Source: Lama guanicoe
Taxonomy: Eukaryota
Length of the DNA stretch: 64,000 nt
NCBI GenBank assembly: GCA_013239625.1
Contig: MU054220.1
Span: 4,465,374-4,529,373 of the forward strand
Direction of reading: 5' to 3'
Of the stretch, positions 40,761 through 54,360 are shown piece after piece (the stretch's first letter is position 1; each line of letters begins with the position of its first letter). The position numbers and the translations under genes are program-made. The notes beneath the pieces are model-generated. The model was not told the origin of the DNA and made no database searches. It saw only the letters and a program-made list of their open reading frames with translations.

Positions 40761-43381
40761 GACGTCTGCAAGGCTCATTCTCATGGGTACCAAAAGGGGT
40801 ACAGTAAGAATTTGGGGATTTTCTAGAAAGAGCACAGGCTTTGGAATAGAAAAGAAAATACACGTTGCAACCCAGCTCACTACTGACTAGCTGTGTGACA
40901 TTGGGCAAGAAACTTAACCTCTCTGATCCTCAGTTTATCTGTAAAACGCCTGAGAAATGTTCTCAAGATGAAAGTAGAATACCCACAGATGGTGCTCACC
41001 AAATGGTGGTCTTTATCCTTTCCCCATGTTGCCAGCACCCAGTGGGTCTATGGGCTACTCCAAATGTGCTCCCTGAGGGAGGACTCCCAAGTCCACAGCT
41101 GACCAGGATTCCCTGGGATCACAGACAGCCCTTCTCTCTCAACTCCACACCAAGTGGAACCAGGATTGGCACACAGCGGACGGCAGAGGCCAACCTGGCT
41201 TTTAAATGAGTCCAAGAAACACCCTGATAAATATCTCCCCCTGGGCCAAGGAGGAATGTTTAGAAGAGGCTGCCAGTCAGTGCTGGAGTCCAGTGCTACC
41301 TCCTCTGGACTCCAGCTTGTTTGAAAACTTGTTGCCCAGGCTAGGACTGTGGGCTAAGGCCGAGGTGGGGAAGAGAAGGAAGGAGGCGTCTCCTCGGACA
41401 AGCTTGTAAATCCAGACGACTGGGCAGGCTTCCAGCCACCCCAGCACACGCCAGCTCTGCAGCTCCAGAGAGCTGCTCTCACCCAGATTTCCCTCTCCTC
41501 CAATGCCCATTCTCCAGAGTACTTTCTATCTCGCCTCCCCTCCTGGCTACTCCCTGTGGGTCCCCTTCTCTCTCTTTTTCTGTCTCTCTCCGAGGGTGGG
41601 CCTTGTTCTTCTCAGTCTCTTGTCATTTTCTAGCTCCTGATTCTGTATATCCCCATCTTTCCAGGCCTCTGAGTTTCTCTGTCTCCCTGAGGGCCTCATT
41701 CCTTCCCATCATTCTAGTTCTCATGCTCTCTTGCTCCCTCAGTCCATCTCTTTCCCTTTCTTTCCTCCTGTCCCATTATTTGGCCTCCCACCCCAGCCCA
41801 GCCCAGCCTCGCCACCTCCTTGGAGCTGCGTGCTGCTTTGGATGGCCTTCAAGCCACAGGGAGGAGCCGAGCCCCAGAAGTTCCACAGGGATCTCAGAGG
41901 AGCCCTCCCTGTCTCCCCTCCATCTCCCTGTATAGGGCAGAGATGTCTGGAACAGGAGAGTGCCCCAGCGCAGCCCAGGGACCACAGCACCCCAGATCCA
42001 GCCTGCTCCCTCTAACATTACAGCATCCCGATCTCTCCCCCCCTCAGCCTCTCTCCATGTCGCTATCCCTTCCAAACTTCTTCCTGAATTCAATTTTTAG
42101 AACTAGCTGTCAGTTATAGGCAAAACTAAGAAGCTGGGACAAAGAGGACATCACTTTTATACCAAAGAGTGGGACATAAGCTTCATTAAATGTGGAGGAT
42201 CTATTTAATAGAATTTTATAAAAATCATGATGTAGATCAATACATACTGATAATAAATACAAATCCAAGTCAGAAAGAAAAATAGCTTAAAAATAGTATT
42301 TAGAGTATAAATCCATTTTGTATAAAAAAAATACATACACACATAGACATATACATGCACACACATATAATATAGGAATAACCTCCAAAAGGTTGACATA
42401 TTAATCTCAGGGTGGAAGGAGTATGAGTGACTTGTTTTTATGATAATGAACCAATATTTCTCAGGTAATAAAATATTAGAACAATTTAAAAACAAACCAG
42501 GAAGTGGGAAAGATGAGCATCAATATTCCTCACTGCCCCCTTACTCATTTTAACCCAGTCAACTTTTCAGAAGCACCTACAGGGTGCTGGAACCTGCCAG
42601 CAGCCAAGCAAGAACTGGAGTGATCAGATGTGGTCCCCACAATAACCCCAGATATTGGCCAGGGTACTAGAGGAGACCCTTCAGGTAAGCCACCAGCTGG
42701 GGTAGAGGCTGAAGGCGGCAAACAGGAGAAGGAGGCTCTCTAGCAGGGAGAAGAGTTCTGGCAGGGGCGTGGTGCCCAGAGAGGGATCCCCAGCTAGGAC
42801 CTCAGGCCTGAAGGATGTGAAACCCAGGGGAAGGTTTGGGGCATTGGCTCTTGAAGAGTAGAAACAGGAGCTACTGCTAAAGATATAAGATGAGATGGAG
42901 GGGGGCAGGATGAGGAAGAGAATGGGGAGAAGGTGCAGGGAGGGAGTTCTGAGCTTCAGCCACCCTCCTCCTACCCTAGGGAGCTCAAATCAGCCTAGCT
43001 GTGGCCACTGCAGACTGGAATCCAAGCATCCACCTGCAGCTGCCTCACAGGCTGAGGCCTTTGCAGTTAAGTGCCTTGGTCACGTGCCCCCAACACAATG
43101 AACTGACTGTTGCTGGGGACTGACTGCAGTGGCTACTGTGTTCCCAGGAGCTAGAACAGCACCAAAGACTACAGTCCCCAAGGCCCTGAGCCTGGTCCCC
43201 TCTCTCTGAGCCAGCCTGGAGGACATTCTTTCAGGCGCTGTGGGCTCCACTTTTTTCTTTGTTTTGTTTCCTCCTCCTTCTCCTTTTCTGCAGAGCCCAG
43301 GGCTACAAAGAGGTGCGCCGTGAAGTGCAAGGCAATACTGATGCCCCGCGGGGCTGGGCTGAGCTGAGTACCAGCCCACCA

Positions 43382-43395
43382 CCACCAGGGGGCAC
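43382..43395 (+). promoter_or_regulatory. Candidate CTCF site CCACCAGGGGGCAC
   Basis: Exact match to the core consensus CCASYAGRKGGCRS, about 1.15 kb beyond the C11orf96 polyA signal. Confidence 0.55.
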
Positions 43396-44555
43396 CCAAG
43401 CACAGACACACGGCGATCTGAAGAGAGAGGGGTAGGAAGAGCACCCAACCCCTGCTTGTCTCTCTGAACTACTCAGAGGAAAGCCTGGTCCTGGTGATTC
43501 AACTCTGGAGTGATCCAGGAGGGGTGGGATGGGTGGGGGACCCAAGTGTGGGGACATGCCAACCGAATGTTATTACCTGGATCACCTCCTGCTGCCACTG
43601 GATCACACTCTTATACTGCCAGCCCAGAGGATTTGGGGTGTAGACAGGGAGGGATGCGGGCAGCTGCTGGAAAGCACTGGAAAGACAGTCTTGAGACTGA
43701 AGGAGCACTAGACGCAGAGTCAGGAGAGCTGTCTGAGCAGCTGTTACTCTTCATGTGACCTCTCCCTCTCCAATAGGTTTGTTTTTTCATCTGTAAACAG
43801 ACGCGAGGGGGCGGGGTTTTGGGGACAGGGAGACTCCGTGGTACCCAAGCGCCCTTCAGGATCTGACCAAAGACAGATTCCTTGTGGAACCTTGAAGAGG
43901 GCAAAGAGAAGAGCTGGAGAAAAGGACCAAAAAATCGAAACTGCCGCTGTTGGCTTCCCCAGCTTAGGGGCACCGGGCACTACGCTGAGTCAGCGCGAGG
44001 ACATGAGGCCCTCACCTGCACGCGACTTGGTGTGCGCACCCAGACTCTCGCGGGCTCCCAGCCCTCCCTCGGATCCCGCCACCTATATATCCCCGCCTGG
44101 GTCTCCTGTTGCTGGCTCGGGCATCTCCCCACCCGCCGCCTGGAAAGGGTGCAGAGTGAGTGGAGTCTTCCCGGTGGGTGCGGGGAGATGACCCAGACCC
44201 CGGTCTCCCTGAGAGGCCAACTGCACCCTGGCAGGCGCTCTCTATCCTCACATAACCAACCTTTGTCTCGCTAGCTGCTTCACTCAATCTTAGACACCGG
44301 CAATGGGAAACAGACCCGGGAGGCAGGAGCGCTCTGGGCCGGGTGTATCCACTTGGCGAGGCGGGTAATGGACTCGGGCACCGGGGATGCGACCTCGTTC
44401 CGGTGACCGAAGCTTGTGGAGTTACCTCCACCCGGGGATTCCCAGCCCCCCATTCCAGCTAATCCCTCCCCCTTCTCCCCCAGTCTAGGGATCCTGGGCC
44501 CCGAAAGTTCAAGAAGTCAAGAGCCTTGAGAAATGCACTGTGCAAATATATTGAC

Positions 44556-44561
44556 TTTATT
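44556..44561 (-). terminator. Polyadenylation signal AATAAA of C11orf96
   Basis: Plus-strand TTTATT about 615 nt past the stop codon, giving a predicted unspliced mRNA of about 1.3 kb. Confidence 0.75.
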
Positions 44562-45176
44562 TGTCTCCTTTCGGGAGCCTCACAGACATACCCAGGTAAA
44601 AAGATCGTTAAATAAACGCTGTCAGCTATCGCAATGCAAAAATAAATATCAATCTTCCGGCCACAGCAGCAGCAGCTGCGCTGCGCCCCAAGTCCCATCG
44701 GCCGCGCCTAACAATTATAAAAGTGTTCAGCGAGAGTGTGTCGGCGTGAGTGTGAACGGGTGTGCGCTGGGGGGCACGGTGGAGCGATGTGCAAAATCGG
44801 AGTTGCAAACCATCAGACAAGGGCGTGGAGTGGCTCTCCGAGAAGCCCTGGTGACCTCGGGCGACTCAGCGCGGGCGCGCCTCCCTGCACACACTCACAG
44901 CAGAGTTCGTACTGGGAAGAGTTAAAAAATAAACATTTACAAAGGCAAAAAAAGCGGCCCCCCTTCCCTGGCGCCCGGGCGCGCGCTCCGGCCCCAGGCG
45001 AGCGTGGCGCGGTGCGCCCGGACCAGTTCGCAGCCGGGCGAGGGTCCAAGCGCGCGAGAGACGGCGGCCCCCTGTACTCTGGGGCCCCGGTGGTGCGGGG
45101 CGCAGCCCCCCTCGGCCTTCGCACGCTGGTCCCCGGGGGGCTGCGGGGGCGCGCGAGTCCCGCTGCGGGCGGCGCC

Positions 45177-45773
<597 letters not shown>

Positions 45774-45833
45774 CTACCAGGCGCTCTCCGCCGCTGCTGT
45801 CGCCGTCTGCCCCGCGGCGGCCCGACCCGCCGC

Positions 45834-45840
45834 TTATATA
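45834..45840 (-). promoter_or_regulatory. TATA box of C11orf96 (TATATAA); TSS predicted near 45810
   Basis: Minus strand reads GGCTATATAAGCGG, an isolated AT-rich motif inside the GC-rich island, about 290 bp upstream of the ATG. Confidence 0.8.
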
Positions 45841-45885
45841 GCCGGCTCCTGCCCACACGGCTGCGAGCTCGGATGACAGCGAATG

Positions 45886-45948
45886 CCATTTAAAGCGTGC
45901 GCGCCCCGCGCCCTTCCGCCTGACGTCGCCCCGCCACTCTGGGAAAGT
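45886..45948. promoter_or_regulatory. Proximal promoter motifs: CArG-like CCATTTAAAG (45886-45895), CRE-like TGACGTCG (45921-45928), GC box, CTGGGAAA
   Basis: Direct motif reads 50-110 bp upstream of the TATA box; the CArG-like and CRE-like sites are each one mismatch from consensus. Confidence 0.55.
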
Positions 45949-46340
45949 AGCGGCTCTTTCCCCAGCGCCGCCCGCCAACCCGGCTCCGGAAGGCAGGCCC
46001 CGCCCGCGGGGGTTCCGGGAGCATCCGAGGCCCGGGAGCACGCGGCGGAGAACAGGCGCGGGGCGGGCCGGGAGCAGAGGTCCTGTCGGCCTTGGGATCC
46101 CCAGGTTTGGACCAACTGTGGTGGCCGCGGGGGCGCAGGACCCCTCTCCCGCCTCCTAACCCCAGAGGCATATAATCAAGGCGCTTGGTTATTCTGCCGC
46201 GGGTTCTGCGCTGAGCGCGCGGGGCGGAGGCATCTCCCAGGCTCCAATACCGCAGGGAGAGCCAGGGCTCCCGGCTCCCCAAAAGTGAGTCGGAGGAAGG
46301 GCTGGATTTCTTCTCTGGATCCATGCCACCCCTCTCACCA

Positions 46341-46385
46341 GACACACGCACACACGCGCACACACACACACACACATGCACGCAT
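46341..46385 (+). repeat. Imperfect (CA)n/(CG)n alternating purine-pyrimidine tract upstream of C11orf96
   Basis: Direct read. Confidence 0.85.
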
Positions 46386-46539
46386 GAATACAAACACCGG
46401 ATTATCCCATTTCAGTTCTCTTCCCTAATTGTCTCCTCTGTTTGTCTCCTCACTACCCGCACCCTCCAAGTCCCTCGGGCACCCCCATTCATGCTCAGAA
46501 GAATAACACTTAGATATGGCACTAAAAACAACAACAATA

Positions 46540-47010
46540 ATGATAACTACCATCTGGAGAGCTTTACTCCAAGCCAGGCAGTGAGCTTTGTTTTACATAT
46601 ATTATCCCACTTAATCTTTGTAACAGCCCTGGGAAGTAATTCGTATTCTCCCAATTTTACATACGAGCAAATGGAGGCACAGAGAAGAGAAGAGGCAGCC
46701 AGGAAAGGCTCTTCAGAGTGGGTAACATTTAAGGCACCCCCTGAAGGACAATAATAGTACTACTAACTGCTTAATATATGCCATGCTCTTGAGTACTTTT
46801 TATGCATTAACTCATTTAATGTGTTCACTATTTTATTTAATCCTATTAGCCTGGATAACAAGTACTTTTTATCATACCCATTTACAGATGGGAAAACCAA
46901 GGCACAGAGAAGCTAAGCAACTTGCCCCAGACCACACAGTTATTAAGCAGCAGAGCTGAAATTCAAACAGAGGTGATTTAGCTGTCAGCCTTCATGATTA
47001 TCCATGCCAC
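46540..47010 (-). mobile_element. Two adjacent MIR fragments
   Basis: TTTTACATACGAGCAAATGGAGGCACAGAGA and TTTACAGATGGGAAAACCAAGGCACAGAGAAG cores. Confidence 0.75.
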
Positions 47011-47019
47011 TGAACTGTC

Positions 47020-47640
47020 TGCCCTGTGGAGGACAAAGGACCCAGAGGGCGACACGTGGGAGGATGAACGTTTAGGGCAGAATGAATGTCGCACAAAGGC
47101 ACTGAAGCAGGAAGGAGCTTGGCTTATTCCAGGAACAGCAAAAAGGCCCATGAGGCTAAAGCAGAGAGAGCAAGGGGCGTGAGAAGTAGGGACAGTAAAG
47201 GAAGGCCTTCATGGCCATGTTAAGGAGACAGCATTTTACCCAAAGGGCAATGGTAAGGCACTGGAGGGTTTTGAGCAGGGGAGCTACATGCTCCAATTTA
47301 TGTTTTTAAAAGCTCACTCTGGCTGCTAGATGGAGAATAATGAGAAAAAAGTTGGGGGAAGGAGCAGGGAGCCCACTTAGAAGATCGTTACATGATCCCC
47401 AGAGATAAGACACTGATGACTTGGATTAGAGTGAAGAAAACAGAGATGTGTAGGGAAATGGTCAGATCTGGGATTTGTCTGAAGACAGAATTGAGAGGAC
47501 TGGCTGATGGATTCGATGGTGGGGGTGGAGGAAGCGAGGGGTGTAGAGGGGAGGGTGGTAGAAATCAAGGTTGACATCTACATATTTGGCTAGACCAAAT
47601 GTTAGATGGTGGTGCCAGTGATTGACAGGGGGATGTGGTG
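47020..47640 (-). mobile_element. L2 remnant
   Basis: GGCAATGGTAAGGCACTGGAGGGTTTTGAGCAGGG...TTTTTAAAAGCTCACTCTGGCTGC. Confidence 0.75.
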
Positions 47641-47689
47641 GGGAAGAGAAGGTTGGGAAGGGAGGACCACTGTGGGGTCTGGGGGTTAT

Positions 47690-49145
47690 CCATCAAAATC
47701 CACTACCCACTGGGGTGAGGCCTGAAATGATCATATCAGAACTGTATTATGTGAGAGAAAAATTAATTTCTATAATCCTAAGGCCACTGTATTTTGGAGT
47801 GCCTTTTAACAGCAGCTTAGCAATACCGCGATACCAAAATTGGCATGGGAAGTTGCTATGTATAAAAATGCTAAAACCTGTGGCAATGGCTTAGCGAACA
47901 GGTGGTGAGCAACAAGGAAACAAATATGGGAGAATGGAAAACTGGTGACCCTTGTTATGCTGTAACAAAACATTTATTAAAAACATTACCTGTGATAATT
48001 TGGAAGGCAGACCACGTGTCTACTTGAGCCTCCAATTCTAGAGGAATGGTTGGAAAGAGCCAAAAGCATTTGTATATGCTGGCTGCTCGATGCTGTCTTT
48101 AGCAAGATAGTAAAAGAAGAGACAGGCTAGTTTGCAGGAAGAGACAGGGGAGGGGGGAAAGGAGATAATATAGAAAATTACTGTCCTCAGGGTCGGAAAA
48201 ACCAGCTGGTTTTATCCAAAGAGCAGATCAGACCATCTTGGCTCAGAGCCGTTCTCAGGGCCTATTAGGCCAAACATTAAGCCAAACAAAGGAATCAACC
48301 TGATGGCAAAGTATTAGGGGTATTGCCTTGTCATCCAAGTCTACTATTTCAGATGTCCTTAGGGTAACTTTCATTTACAATGAGAGAGAAAGAGATGGGT
48401 TGGGTGACACAGACAGACTTAATAACTACATCAAGAAAGGAACTTTGGGTGTGGTTATTGCATATGGAACTGATTAGAAGCAGAAAGACCAGAAACCCAC
48501 TACATTTTTGAAGGAATTGTTATTACCAACAAAATCGCAAGGCCAGACTTCAAAAGCCCATGATTGTTTCAGGCTAAATAAGTACCTGAGGAGGACAGAC
48601 TTTCAGCTCCCTGTTGGGCGGCAGTGGAGAGCCACAGACAAGGAGGAATTTGCCAAGGGCAGAGCCAGGGGCCAGGGAGACACAGGATGAGGGGGCCACC
48701 CCAGAGAACCCCCTCCACCACCAGGGCAGGCAGTCCTCACCGTTCTAGAGGGCAGATGGCAGCGGAGACTGCTAGCTGTGCACCCAGTTGGGCCATAATT
48801 CCCCGCCCCCCTTGGAGCTCGGTGGGGCCACATGTCTAAGCTCTCATCTGTGGAATGTAAGCAGAAGTCAAAAGCTTCTGTCTCACTTGCTTAAGAGGAA
48901 ATTCTTGCCCAGGACTTCCACGTTCTTCCCCCTCACACTGGCTGACCAGAGAGCCCCTGAGGCTTCGTGTGAAAGACAGCAGTGCCGCAGTCAGTCTGGT
49001 CCCTTAACGACCCTGCGGAACCGAGCTCTCTATCAACCCGAAACACTTCCCTTGAAGCTATCATGTGAGAGAGTCACCAGCTGAATATTCGCAAACTACT
49101 CTTAATTTGGAGTCTCTATTAATTGGCTTACCATCGTCCTAAACA
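47690..49145 (+). mobile_element. MLT1 LTR end, MaLR internal fragment and LTR remnant
   Basis: TAAGGCCACTGTATTTTGG LTR 3' end followed by AAAATTGGCATGGGAAGT and GGTGACCCTTGTTATGCTGTAACAAAAC internal motifs. Confidence 0.6.
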
Positions 49146-50969
49146 AGAGAACCATTAGACATTGGAGTGGATAGGTCCAGCAGGACACTGGAACTTAGAG
49201 GAGAGGTGAGGGAGGGAGGGGCTGGTGTGGGAGTCGGCAGGGTGTAGATGGGGCAGGGGGTGGAAGAGAAGGGCTGGGACCAGCCACCAGTCAAGGACTC
49301 AGAGAAGCAATGTCCAACAGGGCAAGACGGACACCAGGAGAACATGTCAGAATCCAAGAGAAGGATGTTTCTAGAACGAGAGAGATGAGTAGAATGGGAG
49401 TCAAGAGACAGGTCCTTGTCTGGCTCCACCTGAACTCACTGCAAGGCCTGGACCAAGCCACTCGTCTCCCTGCACTGTGGAGGTCTCAGCTCCACTGCTG
49501 CCCCCTCAGAGCAGCCTTCCCCCGCCACTCTGCTCAAGGTTCCCTCTCGGTTGCTCTGTCCCACTCTCTGCAAGGCCTTCTCATTTGTTTGTTCTTGTCA
49601 GTGGGGTCTGCCTTCCTGGCAGACTCTCCCTTTCCCCAGCAGCCAGGCCAGTGCCCACACACCAGGAGCTCATGGTTCCTGAGTTGCAGACAGCCTCCCT
49701 CCTCCCAGCCCCATCCCTGCTCCCACAGCCCTGGCAGCCAGCGACGGGACCACTTCCACCAGAGCTTCCTTCCCAACACACACGGCTCCTCCGGGCCCCA
49801 AATTCACGGGCCATGGATGGGAGGATCTGAGGTCTCAGCTTCCCTGGATGGGGGGCTCCCCTTCTCCAGCTCAGGGAGGTGAAGGTGGGAAAGGAGGCCT
49901 GTGCTTCACAGCAAGGGTCCCAAGTTAGCTCCCCTCGCTTCTGCTCTGTCTGGAAGTCCTGGGCTCACAAGGGGCCTCGAGGAAGAGGCAAGGGAGGGTG
50001 GGAGAGACAGTCAAGCTCCCCAGTCTCACTGCTGACCTTCCCCACACATGGCTCCCTCTGTCAGGATATCTCTGGGACCAGCTCCAATCCTAGGTGGCCT
50101 TTTCAAACGTTCCATGCCCTTCCTGACCCACCTGCAGGAGTCAGCCAAGGGCGGCTGTCAGGTTAGGAGAACACAGACCTATTCTAACCCTCCTCCACCA
50201 CGGGCCTATTCTGTGACCTTGGGCTGGTCATGTGCTCTGAGACTCAGTGTCTGCACCTGAAAGCATGAGTAATACCCTGGTGTATGCAAATGATCAGTGT
50301 ATGCAAAGCACGTCTTAAGCATGAAAACATGTTCCTTTTGTTTTTATTCCCTTCTGCCCAAACCCACCCAGCCACCACCCCCAGCATGGTTGGGATGTCA
50401 GGAAAGGCACAGGGGGGCTCCTGCTCCAGAAGGCACTGGGGGCTTTGGGCAGCTAATCCTCCCTGCCTGACTCACTAAGTAAAAGAGGAAGTCAAGACCA
50501 GGCAATGTCTAAGCAACTATAAGCAACGTCTGCTGTGTGGGGTGTCACTGCTGGTGCCTGAAGGTGGTTGGTCCTATGGGTGTCAGGGTATCAGCCTCCT
50601 TCAGCAAAACTCCCCACCCCTACATCTGCCTTTCTCCAAAGGCTGAAGGGCCAGGGCCTTCCCCTCTGTAGGGTGCAGGGGGCGAGGGAGCCAATGAGAA
50701 TAGCCTGTGTCCAGGAATAGTGGGAAGAATGGGAGGATGGACCCTGGCGGCCCACCCGGGACCTGGGGGCCTGGTTCTCATTGCCCTCTGGGCCTTGCTG
50801 AGTTTGCAGGGTTAATGTCAGCTTTTCCAGGATAGGCTAGGTTGCCTGCCCTGGGCACCTCGGGCAGGGGGTGTCCATTAAAGGGGACGCAGGATGGTCC
50901 CTCTTTTCAGCAGGCCTGTAGCCCTGGGACTGCAAAGGAAAGACATAGAACACCTGCTATGTGCCTCGT

Positions 50970-51165
50970 GTGGTGCCAACAGTGCTCTGCACGTGCCTCA
51001 CTTAAATCATCCTCACGGCATCTTTTGAAGGGGATCCTCCCCTCACCCCATTTTACAGATGAGGACTGAGGGTGCTCTGGAACTTACCAGGGTCACTCTT
51101 GGTGGTAAGTGCTAAAGCCAGCACTCAAGCCAGGTCTGCCTGACTCAGAATTCAGTGCTCCTTTT
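50970..51165 (-). mobile_element. MIR SINE
   Basis: CCCCATTTTACAGATGAGGACTGAGG core. Confidence 0.75.
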
Positions 51166-54139
51166 TTGTAATAGCCCATCTCATCGTCCCTTTGAGGTGG
51201 CTAAAGTCAGACAACCAGGCTGCAGTAACAGCTCCATCATCGATGTACCCTGTGGTCTTGAACCCACTGCTTACACTCTTTGAGCCTCAGTTTTCCCCAT
51301 CTTTGAAGTGAGGAGCCTAGACACTGATTTGTTGGGGGCTCCTCCAGCTCTAATATTCCAGAATCTTCGGAAGGATGTGTGGATGAGGGGACCCATTTGC
51401 AGGAAGTAGATGCTTCCTCTTGGGCCAGAGAGTGGCAAGCAGCCCGGGCTGAGGCTGTGGGGGAAGGCTCGCCTCCATGGAGGGGGCTGCTGGGGGAGCA
51501 GATGGGGCAGAAGATGGCAGCAGACGGGGGAGGGGCTTGTGCCACCACCTCCTCCACCATCCTCACCCACACGTTGGCTTCTGGGCAGAGCCAGGGTTTA
51601 AAAATAGCAACCACCAGTTCTTGAGCTATCAGCAGGGCTTTGTTTCCAGGGGAGCCTGTGGTACCCTGGCCTGGGTTAGAAGGGAGCAGGGATGCCGAGT
51701 CCGTTCCGGGATGCAGAGAGGCAGCCAGCCATGGAGACCGCACAGCAAGGCGGGAAGAACCAGGTCAGGGCAGTTCTGTTCACGGTCCTTCTCTGCTTCC
51801 TGACAAGAGGGTCAAGTCCCTTCCTATGGCTGTTTTGCTGCCCTGGTACAGACCTACTGCCAGCTAGAAGCCTGGGTCAGCAGGCTGTGACCCTGTGCTC
51901 ACCCAGAAGTCTCCCCAGAGTGGATCTCAGGCCTCCAAGTGTTGAATGAGGTCATGGTTATTCCAAATGTTGCTATTTTGGTCAATCTGTACTTTGGGTG
52001 TATTTGGCTCAGCTACCACTCGTCCACTTGTGTGTCTGTCTGTGTGTGTGTGTACATGTGTGTACATGAATCCAGGTGTGTGGAGATGGAATGCAAATGT
52101 GAATGTGGCACGGGGGTGGGGAGGAGGCAGCTGTGGTAGGCAAGTGACAGAGCCTTCCCAGTGGTCCTCCCTCCTGGCCCCACCCTCACCTCTTGCTCCT
52201 GCCTACTTTACCCCAGAGCGGGCCCTCCACACAAAGCCCGTGGCTTCAGCATCCTACCAACTGCTCCTGCCTCAGAATTAGCACTTGGTCTGGTATGATT
52301 GTCAGCATAAAAGTGTTTTGATAATTTTGCTGGAGGGTTGCCATGACAATCCCCAGCAAGCTCCAAGAGAGGGTGTTGGTGGGTGCATGGGATGAGGGGA
52401 GAGAGACAGCCTCAGAGACACAGAGGGTAAGAGACAGAGAGAGGGAGGGAGAGGGTCCAGGGAGATCCCCAGTGATATCCCCAAGTCAGATCTTCAGCCC
52501 CAGTGCCCCCGTCCTAGTGGCCCCATTCATGTTGCGATGAGCTCACTGTCTAATCTGGACCTCACTGTACACAGTGCAACAGAATACCAGCTGCCGGCAG
52601 GCAGGCTGCCGGAACTGGCACAGCAGGGCTGGTCCTGCGGGGGGAGGCACCCTGACACCCCAACTCCCAGAATGAGCCCCAGGGAACACCAGGCTAGAGT
52701 CCGGGGCAGGGAGACTCTTGGGGACTCAGAGGGAGCCAGAGCCCAGGGAAACCTCCCAAGAATCATGCCCAGGCTGTGGACCCGGCTATGCTGAAGTGAG
52801 TAATGGAAGCGTATTTCCCTGCCAAGGGCTTGCTACCTGGCACAGCTTGGCAGCCCGGCGCCTGTGGCTCAGTCCTTCCCACATGCTTTTCTGCAGAACT
52901 GAGTGTCCCTCTTCTGGGCCCACCAGCCTGAGAACCACTACATGGATAAGGATACAATTCTATAAATCTGTGGCCTTTGAGCTTTGCAAAGTAGTTTCCC
53001 CTCTGTGACCTCAGCAAGGCAGGGATATCTTTGCTGTCTTTTGAGATGAGACCAGACAGGCTCAGAGAGGCTCAGAGAGAGGAGGGAACTCAACCAAGGT
53101 CACAAAGCAAGCAGCAAGGCGGTGGCAGAATAAGGATGGAACCCAGTCCTGAACTCTTGCCCAGCCGCACTGCCCTCTGCGAGGACAGGTTCTCTGGAAA
53201 GGGTCCATCTGGCACTGCCCCTCACATATAGACAGGGAAACTGAGGCCCAGAGACATTACCCAGTTTGTAAGCATAAAGCAGCGCTTACAACCTCAGAAT
53301 CTGAGAAATTTCACAACCTCTACTGAGCCACAAGCCAGGCCCATGGATTCCCAAAGCAAGCTCCAAGGTTCAAGTGCCAGCCTCTGCCATGGGAGGAGAG
53401 TCTTCAAATTATTGGCAAAACAGAGCAGAGGGCAGCTGGAGTTGGCCAGGAGCATGAGGCAGGGGGGCCAGAGGCTTTCCCAGGCAGTGCCAAGCCCCAG
53501 CTGTGTAAGGCTGCCTTGTGAAGGGCTCCTAGCCTCTGCTGTTGGAGCTGTGTGCACTTGGGCAAGTCACCTCGGCTGTCAGAGCCCCAGTGTCAACAGC
53601 GACTGAGAGCCAATGCACACAGGAGCCACCAGAGGAACGGCTTTTCACATTCTGGGAAGCACTGCCCCAGAACAGCCATCTCTGAACACAGAGGTGCCCT
53701 CGTGCCTGGCTCCATAATAATTTGGATAGGAGCCAAGATATGGATCTCTCAATAATTATCATCAGGTGGGGTTGGGCACCAAAAGAAAGTGCTGTAGGCT
53801 CTGAAGACAACCCGCAAAGATGACGTTCTACAGCTTTGGTAGTGGGTGACAGCACGGGGACAGCAAACAGCATGTGGAGACTGCGCTCAGCTGCCCGGCT
53901 CTGGTGCTCACTAGCAAATTCTCATGCTCTGTGATTGTGGAAACCTCGTGCCTGCCCCGCCCTGCTCCCTGGGTGGCTGTTTTGAGGAACAAACCAAATT
54001 ATTTTATGAGAACATATTGGAGTAAAACGTGCCCCGAGGGAGGATGAATTTTTAAATGGATTCCAAAAAATTAGGGTTGGAACAATGCCCTGTCGTGTAC
54101 TGTGTTCTAAGCTTGGCCTTGGGATTTAAAGGACTGAGT

Positions 54140-54360
54140 TTTCCTGAGCACCTGCCTCATGCCAGGCACCAATACAAGGCACTCTGTACCTCTCATCTTG
54201 CCTTTGTTTATCTTCCGAGATGGGTGTTACTATCTCTAAACTTTAGGTGAAGAAACAGGCTCAGATACGTTAGGGAACTTTCCCAAGGCCACACAGCCAG
54301 GCAGAGATGGAGCTGGGGTTTGAACCCAGGTCCATCATTGCCAAAGCTCTTTTCATCCAT
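54140..54360 (-). mobile_element. MIR SINE
   Basis: GGTGAAGAAACAGGCTCAGA...CCCAAGGCCACACAGC...GGGTTTGAACCCAGGTC. Confidence 0.75.

Noticed and set aside
1..43000. Additional protein-coding exons (e.g. ACCSL/ACCS) or processed pseudogenes
   Set aside because: No ORF-track translation resembles a known protein and the region is dominated by decayed repeats. Short exons could be missed by eye.
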